Positions 56,251-64,000 of a stretch of DNA of 64,000 nt are shown here, one piece after another. Origin of the DNA: Christensenella sp. UBA7703 (GTDB lineage: Bacteria > Bacillota > Clostridia > Christensenellales > CAG-138). The first letter of the stretch is position 1. Each line of letters begins with the position of its first letter. A model generated the notes under the pieces. That model did no database searches. It was given only the letters and a program-made list of their open reading frames with translations, and was not told the origin of the DNA. The DNA lies in NCBI GenBank assembly GCA_002482505.1, contig DLGD01000014.1, forward strand, positions 3,645 through 67,644. The letters are read 5' to 3'. Both the position numbers and the translations under genes were made by a program.

Positions 56251-56284
56251 CAAACAAAAACGAGCACACCCGATCGATGTGCCC
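56251..56284 (-). terminator. candidate intrinsic terminator/attenuator inside the leader of the small-ORF/rsgA operon
   Basis: Minus-strand RNA GGGCACA ucgaucgg UGUGCUC (7 bp, one G-U pair) followed by GUUUUUGUUUG. It lies about 125 nt upstream of the A' start. Confidence 0.45.
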
Positions 56285-56517
56285 GTAAAAAATACAGTTC
56301 TTCGAAAGGTTCTGCTGACAGACGCTGGCGCTACTTCACGATCGGCGCTTGAAATGATCTCGTTGGAAGCGCGAAAAAAGATACGTGAGAGGAGCTGCGT
56401 CTGACGTATTCAGTTGTTAGGCGTTTGCCACCCTGACCTTGCTCAGCATTTGTAATTATTTCCCCTTTCCGATTTCGCATGGAGCAGTTACGCTCGTTTG
56501 CGAATCATTACGGGCAG

Positions 56518-56547
56518 AGTATAGCATGCAATTTTCTTTTAACGCAA
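56518..56547 (-). promoter_or_regulatory. candidate sigma-A promoter (minus strand)
   Basis: TTGCGT (56547-56542), 18-nt spacer, TATACT (56523-56518). It lies just downstream of the crcB terminator. Confidence 0.45.
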
Positions 56548-56613
56548 GAGAAATTTGCGAAAAAAATCATATATTTTCGAGAAATTATTCGAAAAGCTTG
56601 TATATACCCTAAT

Positions 56614-56643
56614 AAATAAAAAAATCCGGCTCAGGCAGCCGGA
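56614..56643 (-). terminator. intrinsic terminator after crcB
   Basis: Minus strand: tccggc tgcctga gccgga followed by ttttttt. Confidence 0.7.
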
Positions 56644-56664
56644 AAAGAGGGATATCGGGTTATT

Positions 56665-57033
56665 TTAGCGAACGAGTGCACTTGCGCCATAGATTGCAAA
56701 CACGCAGAGCACGACGCTAAGGATCATGTACAGCAGCGCCACAACGGGCTTTCCGCCGGAGAGCAGCCCGTGTGCTTCCAGCGCAAAGGTGGAAAACGTG
56801 GTGAAGCCGCCGCAAACGCCGACCTTTAGAAACAGCATCGCGCGGGGATCAAACGAGGGGGATTTTCCGGCTATCGCCATGATGAGACCGAGCAGAAACG
56901 CCCCGAGCACATTGATACCGAGCGTGACGAGCGGGAAACCGCTCTCATGCCGCAGGGGCAAAAGACTCACAAGATAGCGCAGCACAGAGCCGACCAGCCC
57001 GCCGAGGCCAACGAAAACACAGTTGAGAATCAT
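56665..57033 (-). CDS. crcB: fluoride efflux channel CrcB/FluC
   Basis: Start MILNCVFVGLGGLVGSVLRY at 57033. Contains ..TLGINVLGAFLLG.. and ..GVCGGFTTFSTF.. motifs. 122 aa with 4 TM segments. Confidence 0.9.
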   Translation of the reverse strand: MILNCVFVGLGGLVGSVLRYLVSLLPLRHESGFPLVTLGINVLGAFLLGLIMAIAGKSPSFDPRAMLFLKVGVCGGFTTFSTFALEAHGLLSGGKPVVALLYMILSVVLCVFAIYGASALVR

Positions 57034-57182
57034 TGCAGGAATTCCATACTCCAGATCGTTTTTTTGCGGCGTACACGCGCGCACGCAACGGCAAAAGCAT
57101 ATCACCGAATGATACATCTGGCAAAAGGTTTTTAGCGGGCGGCTTGGGGCCTGTTTTCCCGAAAAGTTGGGGCAAACAAATC

Positions 57183-57216
57183 AAAAAAAACGGCAGCCCG
57201 TTAATGCAGGCTGCCG
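57183..57216 (-). terminator. intrinsic terminator after the GH3 gene
   Basis: Minus strand: cggcagcc tgcattaac gggctgccg followed by tttttttt. Confidence 0.8.
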
Positions 57217-57244
57217 CTGTGCGTGAATGGATAAAATCGAGGGG

Positions 57245-59356
57245 TTAGAGTTGAATCTCGACTCGTACAGGCGAAACACCGGTCAGCGCGCGGCTGCGTG
57301 CGTCGGGCTGGCTTGTGCCGATATAGAGCGCATATTTGCCGCCGGGGAAGATGCGGTTGCCAGCATCGTCCACCACCGACAGCGAGGCGGGTGCGATCGA
57401 GAGCGAGAGTTTCGCGGAGGCGCCTGGTTCCAGCGAGACGCGCGAAAACCCGCAGAGGATCGGGTTCGGCGTTGCGTGCGGTGTATCCTCCGCGCGGATG
57501 TATGCCTGGACGACGTCTTCCGTAGCGGCCTTGCCTATGTTTTGCACGCTGGCATGGACGACGAGCCCGCCATCCGCTGCTTTCCCTGCGCTGGCGGCGA
57601 GGACGCGCACGTCCCCATATGTCAGCCCGTAGCCGAACGGATAGAGCGGCGCGCGGTTGAGGTAGCGATAGGTGCGCCCCTGCATGGAATAGTCCGTGAA
57701 CTCCGGCAGGTGCGCGAGGTCTTCGTCGTGATAGAACGTAATCGGCAGCTTACCGGAGGGCGAGCGCTTGCCAAAGAGCAAGTCGGCTACCGCTTTACCG
57801 CCGCGCGCGCCGGGATACCACGCACAGAATACCGCGTTAGCCCGGTTTTCCGCCTCGGTGAGGTCGATCGAGCTGCCTGCGAGAAGGATGACCACGGTGG
57901 GTTTCCCGACCGCGAGAACACGCGTGAGAAGCTCCCGCTGCACATCCGGCAGGAGGAGATCCGGTTTGTCGCCCGCCTCCATACTGTTTCCGTCGTCCGG
58001 CGCTTCGCCTTCCAGCGTTTCATCCAGACCGAGCACGAGCAGAACCGTGTCGCTGTGCTCCGCAACGGTAATCGCCTCCGCGATACGGTCGTTTTCAAAC
58101 GCAAGCACCTCGGTTTTGCGGCGGTAGAGGTCGCAGCCGGGCGCAAAGAGCACGCGGACGTCGTCTGCGCATTCATCCTGCACACCTTCCAAAATCGTGA
58201 TGTAGCGCGATGAGGTACCGTGATAGTTGCCGGTGAGCGCGACGCGGCTGTCCGCGTTTGGCCCGATCACCCCGAGGGCGTTCAGCTTTTCTTTCCGGAG
58301 TGGGAGGATGTCGTCGTTTTTGAGCAGGACGCAGCTCTTAAGCGCAGTTTCCTGCGCAAGCGCGAGGTGTTCCTTGCACTCCACGGTCTCATACGGGATG
58401 GAATCATATTCGCTGCCTTCGCCCATGATGCCGAGCAGATACCGTGTGGTAAACGCGCGTTCGGCGGCGAGTGTGACCTGGTCTTCGGTGATTAAGCCCT
58501 GCGAATAGGCGGATCTGAGTTGTAGATAGACCGATCCGCAGTTGATGTCGCAGCCGTTTTTGAGCGCGAGCGCTGCGCTCTCCTCCGGGCTGCTGGTCAC
58601 GCCGTGGCCGGTGTGAAAATCGATCAGCGCCCAGCAATCGGACACCACAAAGCCCGCAAAGCCCCACTTGCTGCGCAGGATGTCGACCAGAAGCGTCTTG
58701 CTGCCGCAGCAAGGTTCGCCGTTGACGCGGTTGTATGCGCCCATGACGCTTTCCACAGCGGCGTCCTTTACCAGCGCTTCAAACGCGGGCAGATAGGTTT
58801 CCCACAGGTCCTTTTCGGTGGCGATGGCGTTGAAGTGATGGCGAATCGCCTCCGGCCCGCTGTGCACGGCAAAATGTTTTGCGCAGGCGCTTGCTGCCAT
58901 CACATCGTCCTCACCCTGCATACCGTTGACAAACGCCTTGCCGAGCTCTGCGGTCAGATAGGGGTCTTCGCCGAGTGTTTCGTGTCCTCTGCCCCAGCGA
59001 GGGTCACGGAAGATATTGATGTTCGGGGAAAAGAAGGTAAGCCCTTTATAGATGTCCCGATCATCGTGCTTGGTGAATTCGTTGTACTTTGCGCGCCCTT
59101 CCAGCGCGGTTGTGCGGCTCACGGTCGCTAGCTCTTCGCGGTCAAACATCGCGGCAAGAGCGATTGCCTGCGGGAAGCTCGTCGCAACCCCTGCTCGCGC
59201 AACGCCGTGCAAGCCCTCGTTCCACCAGTTGTAGGCGGGAACGCCAAGGCGCTCGATTGCGGGCGCGCCGTAGACGAGCTGGGACATCTTTTCTTCGAGC
59301 GTCATCTTGGCAACAAGAGCGCGCGCTTTTGCGCGGGCCGCTTCTCTTTGAAACAT
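57245..59356 (-). CDS. glycoside hydrolase family 3 beta-glucosidase/xylosidase (BglX-like)
   Basis: 703 aa. Contains ..NWWNEGLHGV.., ..GFVVSDCWA.. (nucleophile Asp region), and a C-terminal fibronectin-like domain. SD caggaggtaacct. Confidence 0.92.
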   Translation of the reverse strand: MFQREAARAKARALVAKMTLEEKMSQLVYGAPAIERLGVPAYNWWNEGLHGVARAGVATSFPQAIALAAMFDREELATVSRTTALEGRAKYNEFTKHDDRDIYKGLTFFSPNINIFRDPRWGRGHETLGEDPYLTAELGKAFVNGMQGEDDVMAASACAKHFAVHSGPEAIRHHFNAIATEKDLWETYLPAFEALVKDAAVESVMGAYNRVNGEPCCGSKTLLVDILRSKWGFAGFVVSDCWALIDFHTGHGVTSSPEESAALALKNGCDINCGSVYLQLRSAYSQGLITEDQVTLAAERAFTTRYLLGIMGEGSEYDSIPYETVECKEHLALAQETALKSCVLLKNDDILPLRKEKLNALGVIGPNADSRVALTGNYHGTSSRYITILEGVQDECADDVRVLFAPGCDLYRRKTEVLAFENDRIAEAITVAEHSDTVLLVLGLDETLEGEAPDDGNSMEAGDKPDLLLPDVQRELLTRVLAVGKPTVVILLAGSSIDLTEAENRANAVFCAWYPGARGGKAVADLLFGKRSPSGKLPITFYHDEDLAHLPEFTDYSMQGRTYRYLNRAPLYPFGYGLTYGDVRVLAASAGKAADGGLVVHASVQNIGKAATEDVVQAYIRAEDTPHATPNPILCGFSRVSLEPGASAKLSLSIAPASLSVVDDAGNRIFPGGKYALYIGTSQPDARSRALTGVSPVRVEIQL

Positions 59357-59407
59357 AGGTTACCTCCTGATAAAAGTTAGTAAAAATTAAGTTGTTGTAC
59401 GTTAAGT

Positions 59408-60517
59408 TTAAAAATAATTCTGCGTTGCGAAATCGATTGCGTTCGATGTTTCGTCCGCATCACTTAATTTACTACCAAACCCGCTCGAAAAGCGCAACGT
59501 TTCACCTGCCTGTGTTGCTGAAAGCCCCATAGCGGAGAGCACATGTGAGGGTTTCCGCTCGCCTCCGGCGCAGGCGGCACGCGCGGAAACATAAATTTCG
59601 GCGGTGGAGAGGAGGGAGAGCAGCCGTTCGGATGGCACGCCGGGCAGGGTGATATTGAGGATGTGCGGAAGCCGTTCGACTGTATCGCCGTTGACCCGCG
59701 CAGCAGGAAAACGCTCCAACAACAGCGTCTGCAACCGATCTCGCACAAGCGAACTTGCGGGAATTTCGGCGCAGGACAACGCCTTTGCAAAACCCGCGAT
59801 GGCGGGTAGGTTTTCGGTCCCCGGACGTAGCATTCGCTCCTGAGAACCACCAAAAAACAGCGGAACTAGTGGGATTTCGTTCCGTACAAATAAAAATCCG
59901 ATTCCGCTTGGCCCGCCCATTTTGTGCGCGGATACGCTCAACAAATCGATCTTGAGCGCTCGCACATCCAGCGGAATATGACCGAAGGCTGCGACCGCGT
60001 CGCAATGCAGCGGAATCCGCCGTTCGCGCGTGATGGAACCGATTTCCGCGATTGGTTGGATGACACCCGTTTCGTGGTTTGCGACTTGCAGGCTGATGAG
60101 TGCGGTATCGGGGCGGATCATCCGCCTTAACTCTTCCGGTGAATAGCATCCGCTTGTGTTGCAGGGCAAAATGCTCAGAGTGAAGCCGTTACGTTCCAAC
60201 GCATGCGCGGCGGAAAGTACACTTGGATGCTCGGTACAGCCGACGATTACGTGTTTTTTTTGACGTTCGGCATGTAAAACACCGAAAAGAGCGAGGTTGT
60301 TGCTTTCTGTTCCGCCGGATGTGAAAACGATTTCGTCCGACTCAGCACCGATGGAATGGGACAAAACGCTGCGGCTTTCGTGCAGCAATTTCTTAGCGGA
60401 ATACCCTATTGTATATAAAGAAGAAGGATTTGCGTAGGTTTCGCGGGAAACAGCGTCCATAGTGTCGAGAACGGAGGGGTAGACGGGAGAGGAGGCCGCA
60501 TAGTCAAAATAGATCAT
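59408..60517 (-). CDS. cysteine desulfurase (NifS/IscS-like class V aminotransferase)
   Basis: MIYFDYAASSP..., ..LLSVSAHKMGGPSGIGFL.. (PLP Lys), and ..VSARAACAGG.. (active-site Cys loop). SD aaaaaggagcg. Confidence 0.9.
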   Translation of the reverse strand: MIYFDYAASSPVYPSVLDTMDAVSRETYANPSSLYTIGYSAKKLLHESRSVLSHSIGAESDEIVFTSGGTESNNLALFGVLHAERQKKHVIVGCTEHPSVLSAAHALERNGFTLSILPCNTSGCYSPEELRRMIRPDTALISLQVANHETGVIQPIAEIGSITRERRIPLHCDAVAAFGHIPLDVRALKIDLLSVSAHKMGGPSGIGFLFVRNEIPLVPLFFGGSQERMLRPGTENLPAIAGFAKALSCAEIPASSLVRDRLQTLLLERFPAARVNGDTVERLPHILNITLPGVPSERLLSLLSTAEIYVSARAACAGGERKPSHVLSAMGLSATQAGETLRFSSGFGSKLSDADETSNAIDFATQNYF

Positions 60518-60632
60518 CTGCCGTTGTTTCGCTCCTTTTTCGTACTACATTCTCATTTTGCCCCATAGCAGCGCTTAAGTCAATACAATCGCTGCGAAAT
60601 TAAGCTTAATCAAATTAATTTCAAAATCAATC

Positions 60633-60661
60633 TTGACTTAAACTTAAGCACAACCTATAAT
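60633..60661 (+). promoter_or_regulatory. near-consensus sigma-A promoter for the second sugar ABC operon
   Basis: TTGACT (60633-60638), 17-nt spacer, TATAAT (60656-60661). It is embedded in repeated CTTAAG/TTGACTTAA words, including the inverted repeat cttaagtcaa ... ttgacttaa(a). Confidence 0.55.
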
Positions 60662-60779
60662 GATTGTGTCACATCCTTGTACACTTCGTGACGAATTCTA
60701 GATTCCATTTTAAACCGAATCGAATATCTCCCGACGTGTGCATTGTGGCGCAATTTTAAAGGAGGAGTATCAGGAAGCA

Positions 60780-62195
60780 ATGAAAAAGACAATCGCGATC
60801 ATTCTGTCTCTCGTGCTGGCTCTGGCCACTTTGGCCGCCTGCGCACCCGCGCCCGCAGCGGTAGAAACCGCAACGGAAGCGCCTGCAACTGAAGCAGCCA
60901 CCGAAGCCCCTGCCGCTACCGAAGCACCGGCAGCCGGCGAAAAAGGCGTTATCAACATCTACACGTTTACGGACGAAGTTCCGAAGATGCTGGACAAGTA
61001 TATTGCCACGCACCCGGATTTCGGCTACACCATCAATGCGACCATCATCGCCACCACCGATGGTCTCTACCAGCCGGCTCTCGACCAGGCTCTGGCCGCA
61101 GGCGGTAAGGATGCCCCCGACATGTACTGCGCAGAATCCGCGTTCGTTCTGAAGTACACACAGGGCGACATGAGCAGCTACGCAGCGAAGTATGCCGATC
61201 TCGGCATCGATGTTGCGGCAGAGACGAAAGCAGCTGACATCGCACAGTATACCATCGACATCGGCACCCGTCCGAGCGACAATGCCCTCGTCGGCCTTGG
61301 TTATCAGGCAACAGGCGGCGCGTTCATCTATCGTCGCTCGCTGGCAATTGCCACCTGGGGAACCGATGATCCCGCCGTCATCAAAGACAAGATCGGACCG
61401 GGCTGGGACAAGTTCTATGCAGCGGCAGCCGAACTCAAAGCCAAGGGCTACGGCATCGTCTCTGGCGATGGCGACATCTGGCACGCAGTTGAAAACAGCT
61501 CCCCGACGGGCTGGATCGTCGACGGTAAACTGAACATTGACCCCGCTCGTGAATCCTTCCTGGATCTCTCCATGAAGCTCAAAGAAGGCGGCTTCTACAA
61601 TGACACCCGCGACTGGCAGGATGCCTGGTTTGCGGATATGCAGGGCATTGGCGCCCAGCCCATCTTCGGCTTCTTCGGCCCCGCTTGGCTGATCAACTAC
61701 GTCATGGCTGGACATTCCGGCGGTGAAAAAGTTGGCGAAGGCACCTATGGCGATTGGGCAGTTTGCGAACCGCCGGTCGGCTTCTTCTGGGGCGGCACGT
61801 GGGTTCTGGCCAACAAGGATTCCGAGAAGAAGGAAGCCGTCGGTCAGCTCATCGATTGGATCACCCTCCAGACAGACGAGAACAGCCTCCAGTATATGTG
61901 GGCAAACGGCACGCTTAACGGCGAAGGCGGCACAAAGGACACCGTTGCTTCCGGTACCGTTATGGCGAAGTCCAATGGCGAACTCGCGTTCCTCGGCGGT
62001 CAGAACATGTTTGACGTGTTCGTACCCTCGAACCAGTTTGCAAACGGCAAGAACCTGACCCAGTATGACGAGACCATCAACAACCTCTGGCGTGACCAGG
62101 TCCGTCAATACACCGCTGGCAACATCTCCCGCGACGACGCGATTGCCGCGTTCAAGCAGGCTGTTACCGACACGTTGGGAATCGAAGCCAACTAA
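60780..62195 (+). CDS. extracellular solute-binding lipoprotein (carbohydrate ABC, family 1)
   Basis: Start MKKTIAIILSLVLALATLAAC (lipobox) at 60780, then an Ala/Pro/Glu/Thr linker. It is followed by two MalFG-type permeases. Confidence 0.85.
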   Translation: MKKTIAIILSLVLALATLAACAPAPAAVETATEAPATEAATEAPAATEAPAAGEKGVINIYTFTDEVPKMLDKYIATHPDFGYTINATIIATTDGLYQPALDQALAAGGKDAPDMYCAESAFVLKYTQGDMSSYAAKYADLGIDVAAETKAADIAQYTIDIGTRPSDNALVGLGYQATGGAFIYRRSLAIATWGTDDPAVIKDKIGPGWDKFYAAAAELKAKGYGIVSGDGDIWHAVENSSPTGWIVDGKLNIDPARESFLDLSMKLKEGGFYNDTRDWQDAWFADMQGIGAQPIFGFFGPAWLINYVMAGHSGGEKVGEGTYGDWAVCEPPVGFFWGGTWVLANKDSEKKEAVGQLIDWITLQTDENSLQYMWANGTLNGEGGTKDTVASGTVMAKSNGELAFLGGQNMFDVFVPSNQFANGKNLTQYDETINNLWRDQVRQYTAGNISRDDAIAAFKQAVTDTLGIEAN

Positions 62196-62240
62196 GAAAG
62201 GCAACTGTTTTCACCAGACCAAAATTGGTATATGATGGAT

Positions 62241-62271
62241 GTGGACGGACGGAGATCTTCCGTCCGTCCAC
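62241..62271 (+). other. perfect 13-bp stem-loop after the binding-protein gene
   Basis: gtggacggacgga gatct tccgtccgtccac, with no U-run. It has the same position and type as the hairpin at 2230-2266. Confidence 0.5.
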
Positions 62272-62316
62272 ACCCGCATCAACCGCACAAATCTTGCGCC
62301 ATAGGGGGAAGCGGCT

Positions 62317-63348
62317 ATGCCTCTTTATCAGGAGAAAAAACCCAAAATCAAAAGCGTCAGCTACGCCAAATACGGCTATCTGTTCAGCTTGCCATTCATC
62401 ATCATTTTCTTAATCTTTATGCTGTATCCAACGGTGTTTACCGCCGTGATTGGATTTACGGACTTCAAAGGCGTTGTAGCAACGTCGTTTCATTTCCTAG
62501 AGCACCCGTTTGAGAATTTTGCCAGCATTATAGCCAACAAAACATTCCGCGCTTCGCTGGTCAATACCATCGTGATCTGGGTTATGAACTTTATCCCCCA
62601 GATTGGCCTTGCGCTGCTGCTCACGGCTTGGTTTACAAACCGCAGCCGGAAAATTCGCGGGCAAGGCGCGTTTAAGGTTCTCTTTTATCTTCCGAACATC
62701 ATCACCGCGGCTACCGTGGCGATTCTATATGCGTCCATCTTTGCATACCCGGTCGGCCCGGTCAACTCGATTCTGCAATCGTGTCAGAATTTCTTTGGGA
62801 AGCTTATTGGGCTTGCCGGTCCTGAGCTTGCGGCAACGATTAAGCCGTTTGACTTTTCCACGAGCCCTTGGGCTGCAAAGATCGTCGTCGCATTCATTCA
62901 ATTCTGGCAATGGTATGGATATACCACGATTATCTTGATTTCCGGCGTTCTGGGCATCAACCCGGAACTCTTCGAAGCGGCGGAGATTGACGGCGCATCC
63001 CCACGACAGACATTTTTTCAAATCACACTGCCCTGCATGCGCACGATCCTGATTTTCACGCTGATTACGAGCCTCATCGGTGGCTTGAATATGTTCGATA
63101 TTCCGAAGCTGTACATCTGGAACGGCGGTCCCGCGAACGCGACGATGACCACGAGCGTATTCATCTATGCGCAGGCGTTCTCCGGTTCCTATCTGTATAA
63201 CAAAGCGGCCGCAGCGAGCATGATCATGTTTGTGATCATCGCGATTCTCTCCGGCTTTACCTTCTTCTTAATGCGTGATCGTTCGGAAGTGAAAGCCAAA
63301 CGTGCGATGAAGCGCATGGAGAAACTCAGCAAGGGGGCAGAAGCATGA
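62317..63348 (+). CDS. carbohydrate ABC transporter permease (MalF/UgpA-like)
   Basis: 6 TM segments. EAA loop region: EAAEIDGASPRQTFFQITLP. Confidence 0.9.
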   Translation: MPLYQEKKPKIKSVSYAKYGYLFSLPFIIIFLIFMLYPTVFTAVIGFTDFKGVVATSFHFLEHPFENFASIIANKTFRASLVNTIVIWVMNFIPQIGLALLLTAWFTNRSRKIRGQGAFKVLFYLPNIITAATVAILYASIFAYPVGPVNSILQSCQNFFGKLIGLAGPELAATIKPFDFSTSPWAAKIVVAFIQFWQWYGYTTIILISGVLGINPELFEAAEIDGASPRQTFFQITLPCMRTILIFTLITSLIGGLNMFDIPKLYIWNGGPANATMTTSVFIYAQAFSGSYLYNKAAAASMIMFVIIAILSGFTFFLMRDRSEVKAKRAMKRMEKLSKGAEA

Positions 63349-64000
63349 GAAGCAAAAGAAAAGCAAGCGCAGGCATCTATGTTGTTTGCATCATTCTCGC
63401 CGTCCTGAGCATTTTGCCGTTCTGGATCATGATTGTGAATGCAACGCGCAGCACGGTTCAGATTCAGAGCCATGCAATTTCGCTGATTCCCTCAACGCAT
63501 ATTCTCGAAAACTTTAAGGTATTGACCGGCAAAACGTTCAATCCGGTCACAGGGTTCATGAACTCCGTCATCATCGCGACAGGGGCTACAATCTGCTCGA
63601 TTTATTTCTCCACGTTGACTGCATATTCTCTGGTTGCGTACGAGTGGAAGATGCGCCAGCCGTTCTTTACGATGATTCTCGCGGTCATGATGATTCCGAC
63701 ACAGGTTGTCAGCATCGGTTTTTATCAGTTTATGTATCGCGTTGGCATGACGAATAACCTGCTTGCGCTGATCTTACCTGCGATTGCGGCACCGATGACG
63801 GTCTTCTTCATGCGGCAATACATGCTGCCGTCGCTGAACCTCGATATCGTCGCTTCGGCACGCATCGATGGCGCGGGCGAATTTCGAACCTTCAACAGCA
63901 TCGTGCTGCCGATCATGAAACCCGCGATGGCAACGCAGGCGATCTTTACCTATGTGACGACGTGGAACGCGCTGTTCCTGCCGATGGTACTCTTGACGAG
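63345..64000 (+). CDS. carbohydrate ABC transporter permease (MalG/UgpE-like), 3' end outside the window
   Basis: Not in the ORF track because it has no stop in the window. ATGA overlap with the upstream permease. Hand translation gives MRSKRKASAGIYVVCIILAVLSILPFWIMIVNATRS... and ...ASARIDGAGEFRTFNSIVLPIMKPAMATQ (EAA loop). Confidence 0.88.
   Translation, partial: MRSKRKASAGIYVVCIILAVLSILPFWIMIVNATRSTVQIQSHAISLIPSTHILENFKVLTGKTFNPVTGFMNSVIIATGATICSIYFSTLTAYSLVAYEWKMRQPFFTMILAVMMIPTQVVSIGFYQFMYRVGMTNNLLALILPAIAAPMTVFFMRQYMLPSLNLDIVASARIDGAGEFRTFNSIVLPIMKPAMATQAIFTYVTTWNALFLPMVLLT

Noticed and set aside
56430-56462. 10-codon leader peptide (MLSKVRVANA) inside the long leader.
   Set aside because: The nearest SD-like GGGGA is about 12 nt from the ATG, and the peptide has no diagnostic codon run. 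It is mentioned only as something to watch in Ribo-seq.
57034-57182. Fluoride (crcB motif) riboswitch upstream of crcB.
   Set aside because: The ~60-nt leader after a plausible TTGCCA / 17-nt spacer / TATGCT promoter contains a GGUGAU...GCC stretch. It lacks the conserved AAAC...CUGAUGA...CCUAC elements and pseudoknot partners I expect. It needs cmsearch RF01734 to be certain.

Overview
The window looks like chromosomal DNA from a high-GC, Gram-positive anaerobe. I infer Clostridia, possibly Oscillospiraceae-like, from four things: a T-box leader on metG, pth-mfd synteny, Cheo-type LexA box architecture, and lipoprotein solute-binding proteins with Ala/Pro/Glu-rich linkers. Most of it is ordinary core or metabolic sequence.

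Ordinary content, in order:
- 1-10.5 kb: a sugar-uptake and catabolism block. It holds a Gfo/Idh/MocA oxidoreductase, an RbsBAC-like ABC system, a U32 peptidase, a ROK kinase, a PfkB kinase and an MFS transporter.
- 13.2-21.8 kb: a molybdenum block, with split MoeA-like genes, moaC, moaA, a MOSC gene, modABC and a mog/moaB-like gene.
- 23-32.6 kb: housekeeping genes tatD, a GNAT, metG with its T-box, pth, mfd and a PrsA-like PPIase.
- 33-43.5 kb: an unlisted rubredoxin (51 aa), an orphan iron/B12-type binding protein, an alpha/beta hydrolase, FtsW/RodA and FtsQ/DivIB-like genes, a DtxR-family regulator divergent from feoA-feoB-feoC-like genes, and a split COG0701-type permease pair.
- 50.3-64 kb: an ABC-2 exporter, MscS, rsgA, crcB, a GH3 beta-glucosidase, a NifS-like desulfurase and a second sugar ABC system.

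I found no rRNA, tRNA, CRISPR array, transposase or integrase.

Regions worth a second look:
1. 55.2-56.55 kb, minus strand: three ~68-aa ORFs of no recognisable family. Each has a strong SD and a shared pre-start motif. The last one is ATGA-coupled into rsgA. All sit behind a ~385-nt leader with its own promoter and an internal terminator.
2. 43.56-50.2 kb: an AT-rich island with no mobility genes. A near-consensus LexA box sits at its -10. It encodes an NlpC/P60 protein whose reading frame is open for 585 codons apart from one TAA, plus two BspA-type LRR surface proteins that share a ~95% identical 446-bp 3' module.
3. 10.6-12.8 kb: a 713-aa protein with six tandem Ig-like modules held between two transmembrane segments.
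4. 32.82-32.96 kb: a duplicated 27-bp palindrome-containing operator upstream of the rubredoxin.

All calls come from reading the sequence and the supplied ORF translations. No database search, folding or covariance-model run was possible.
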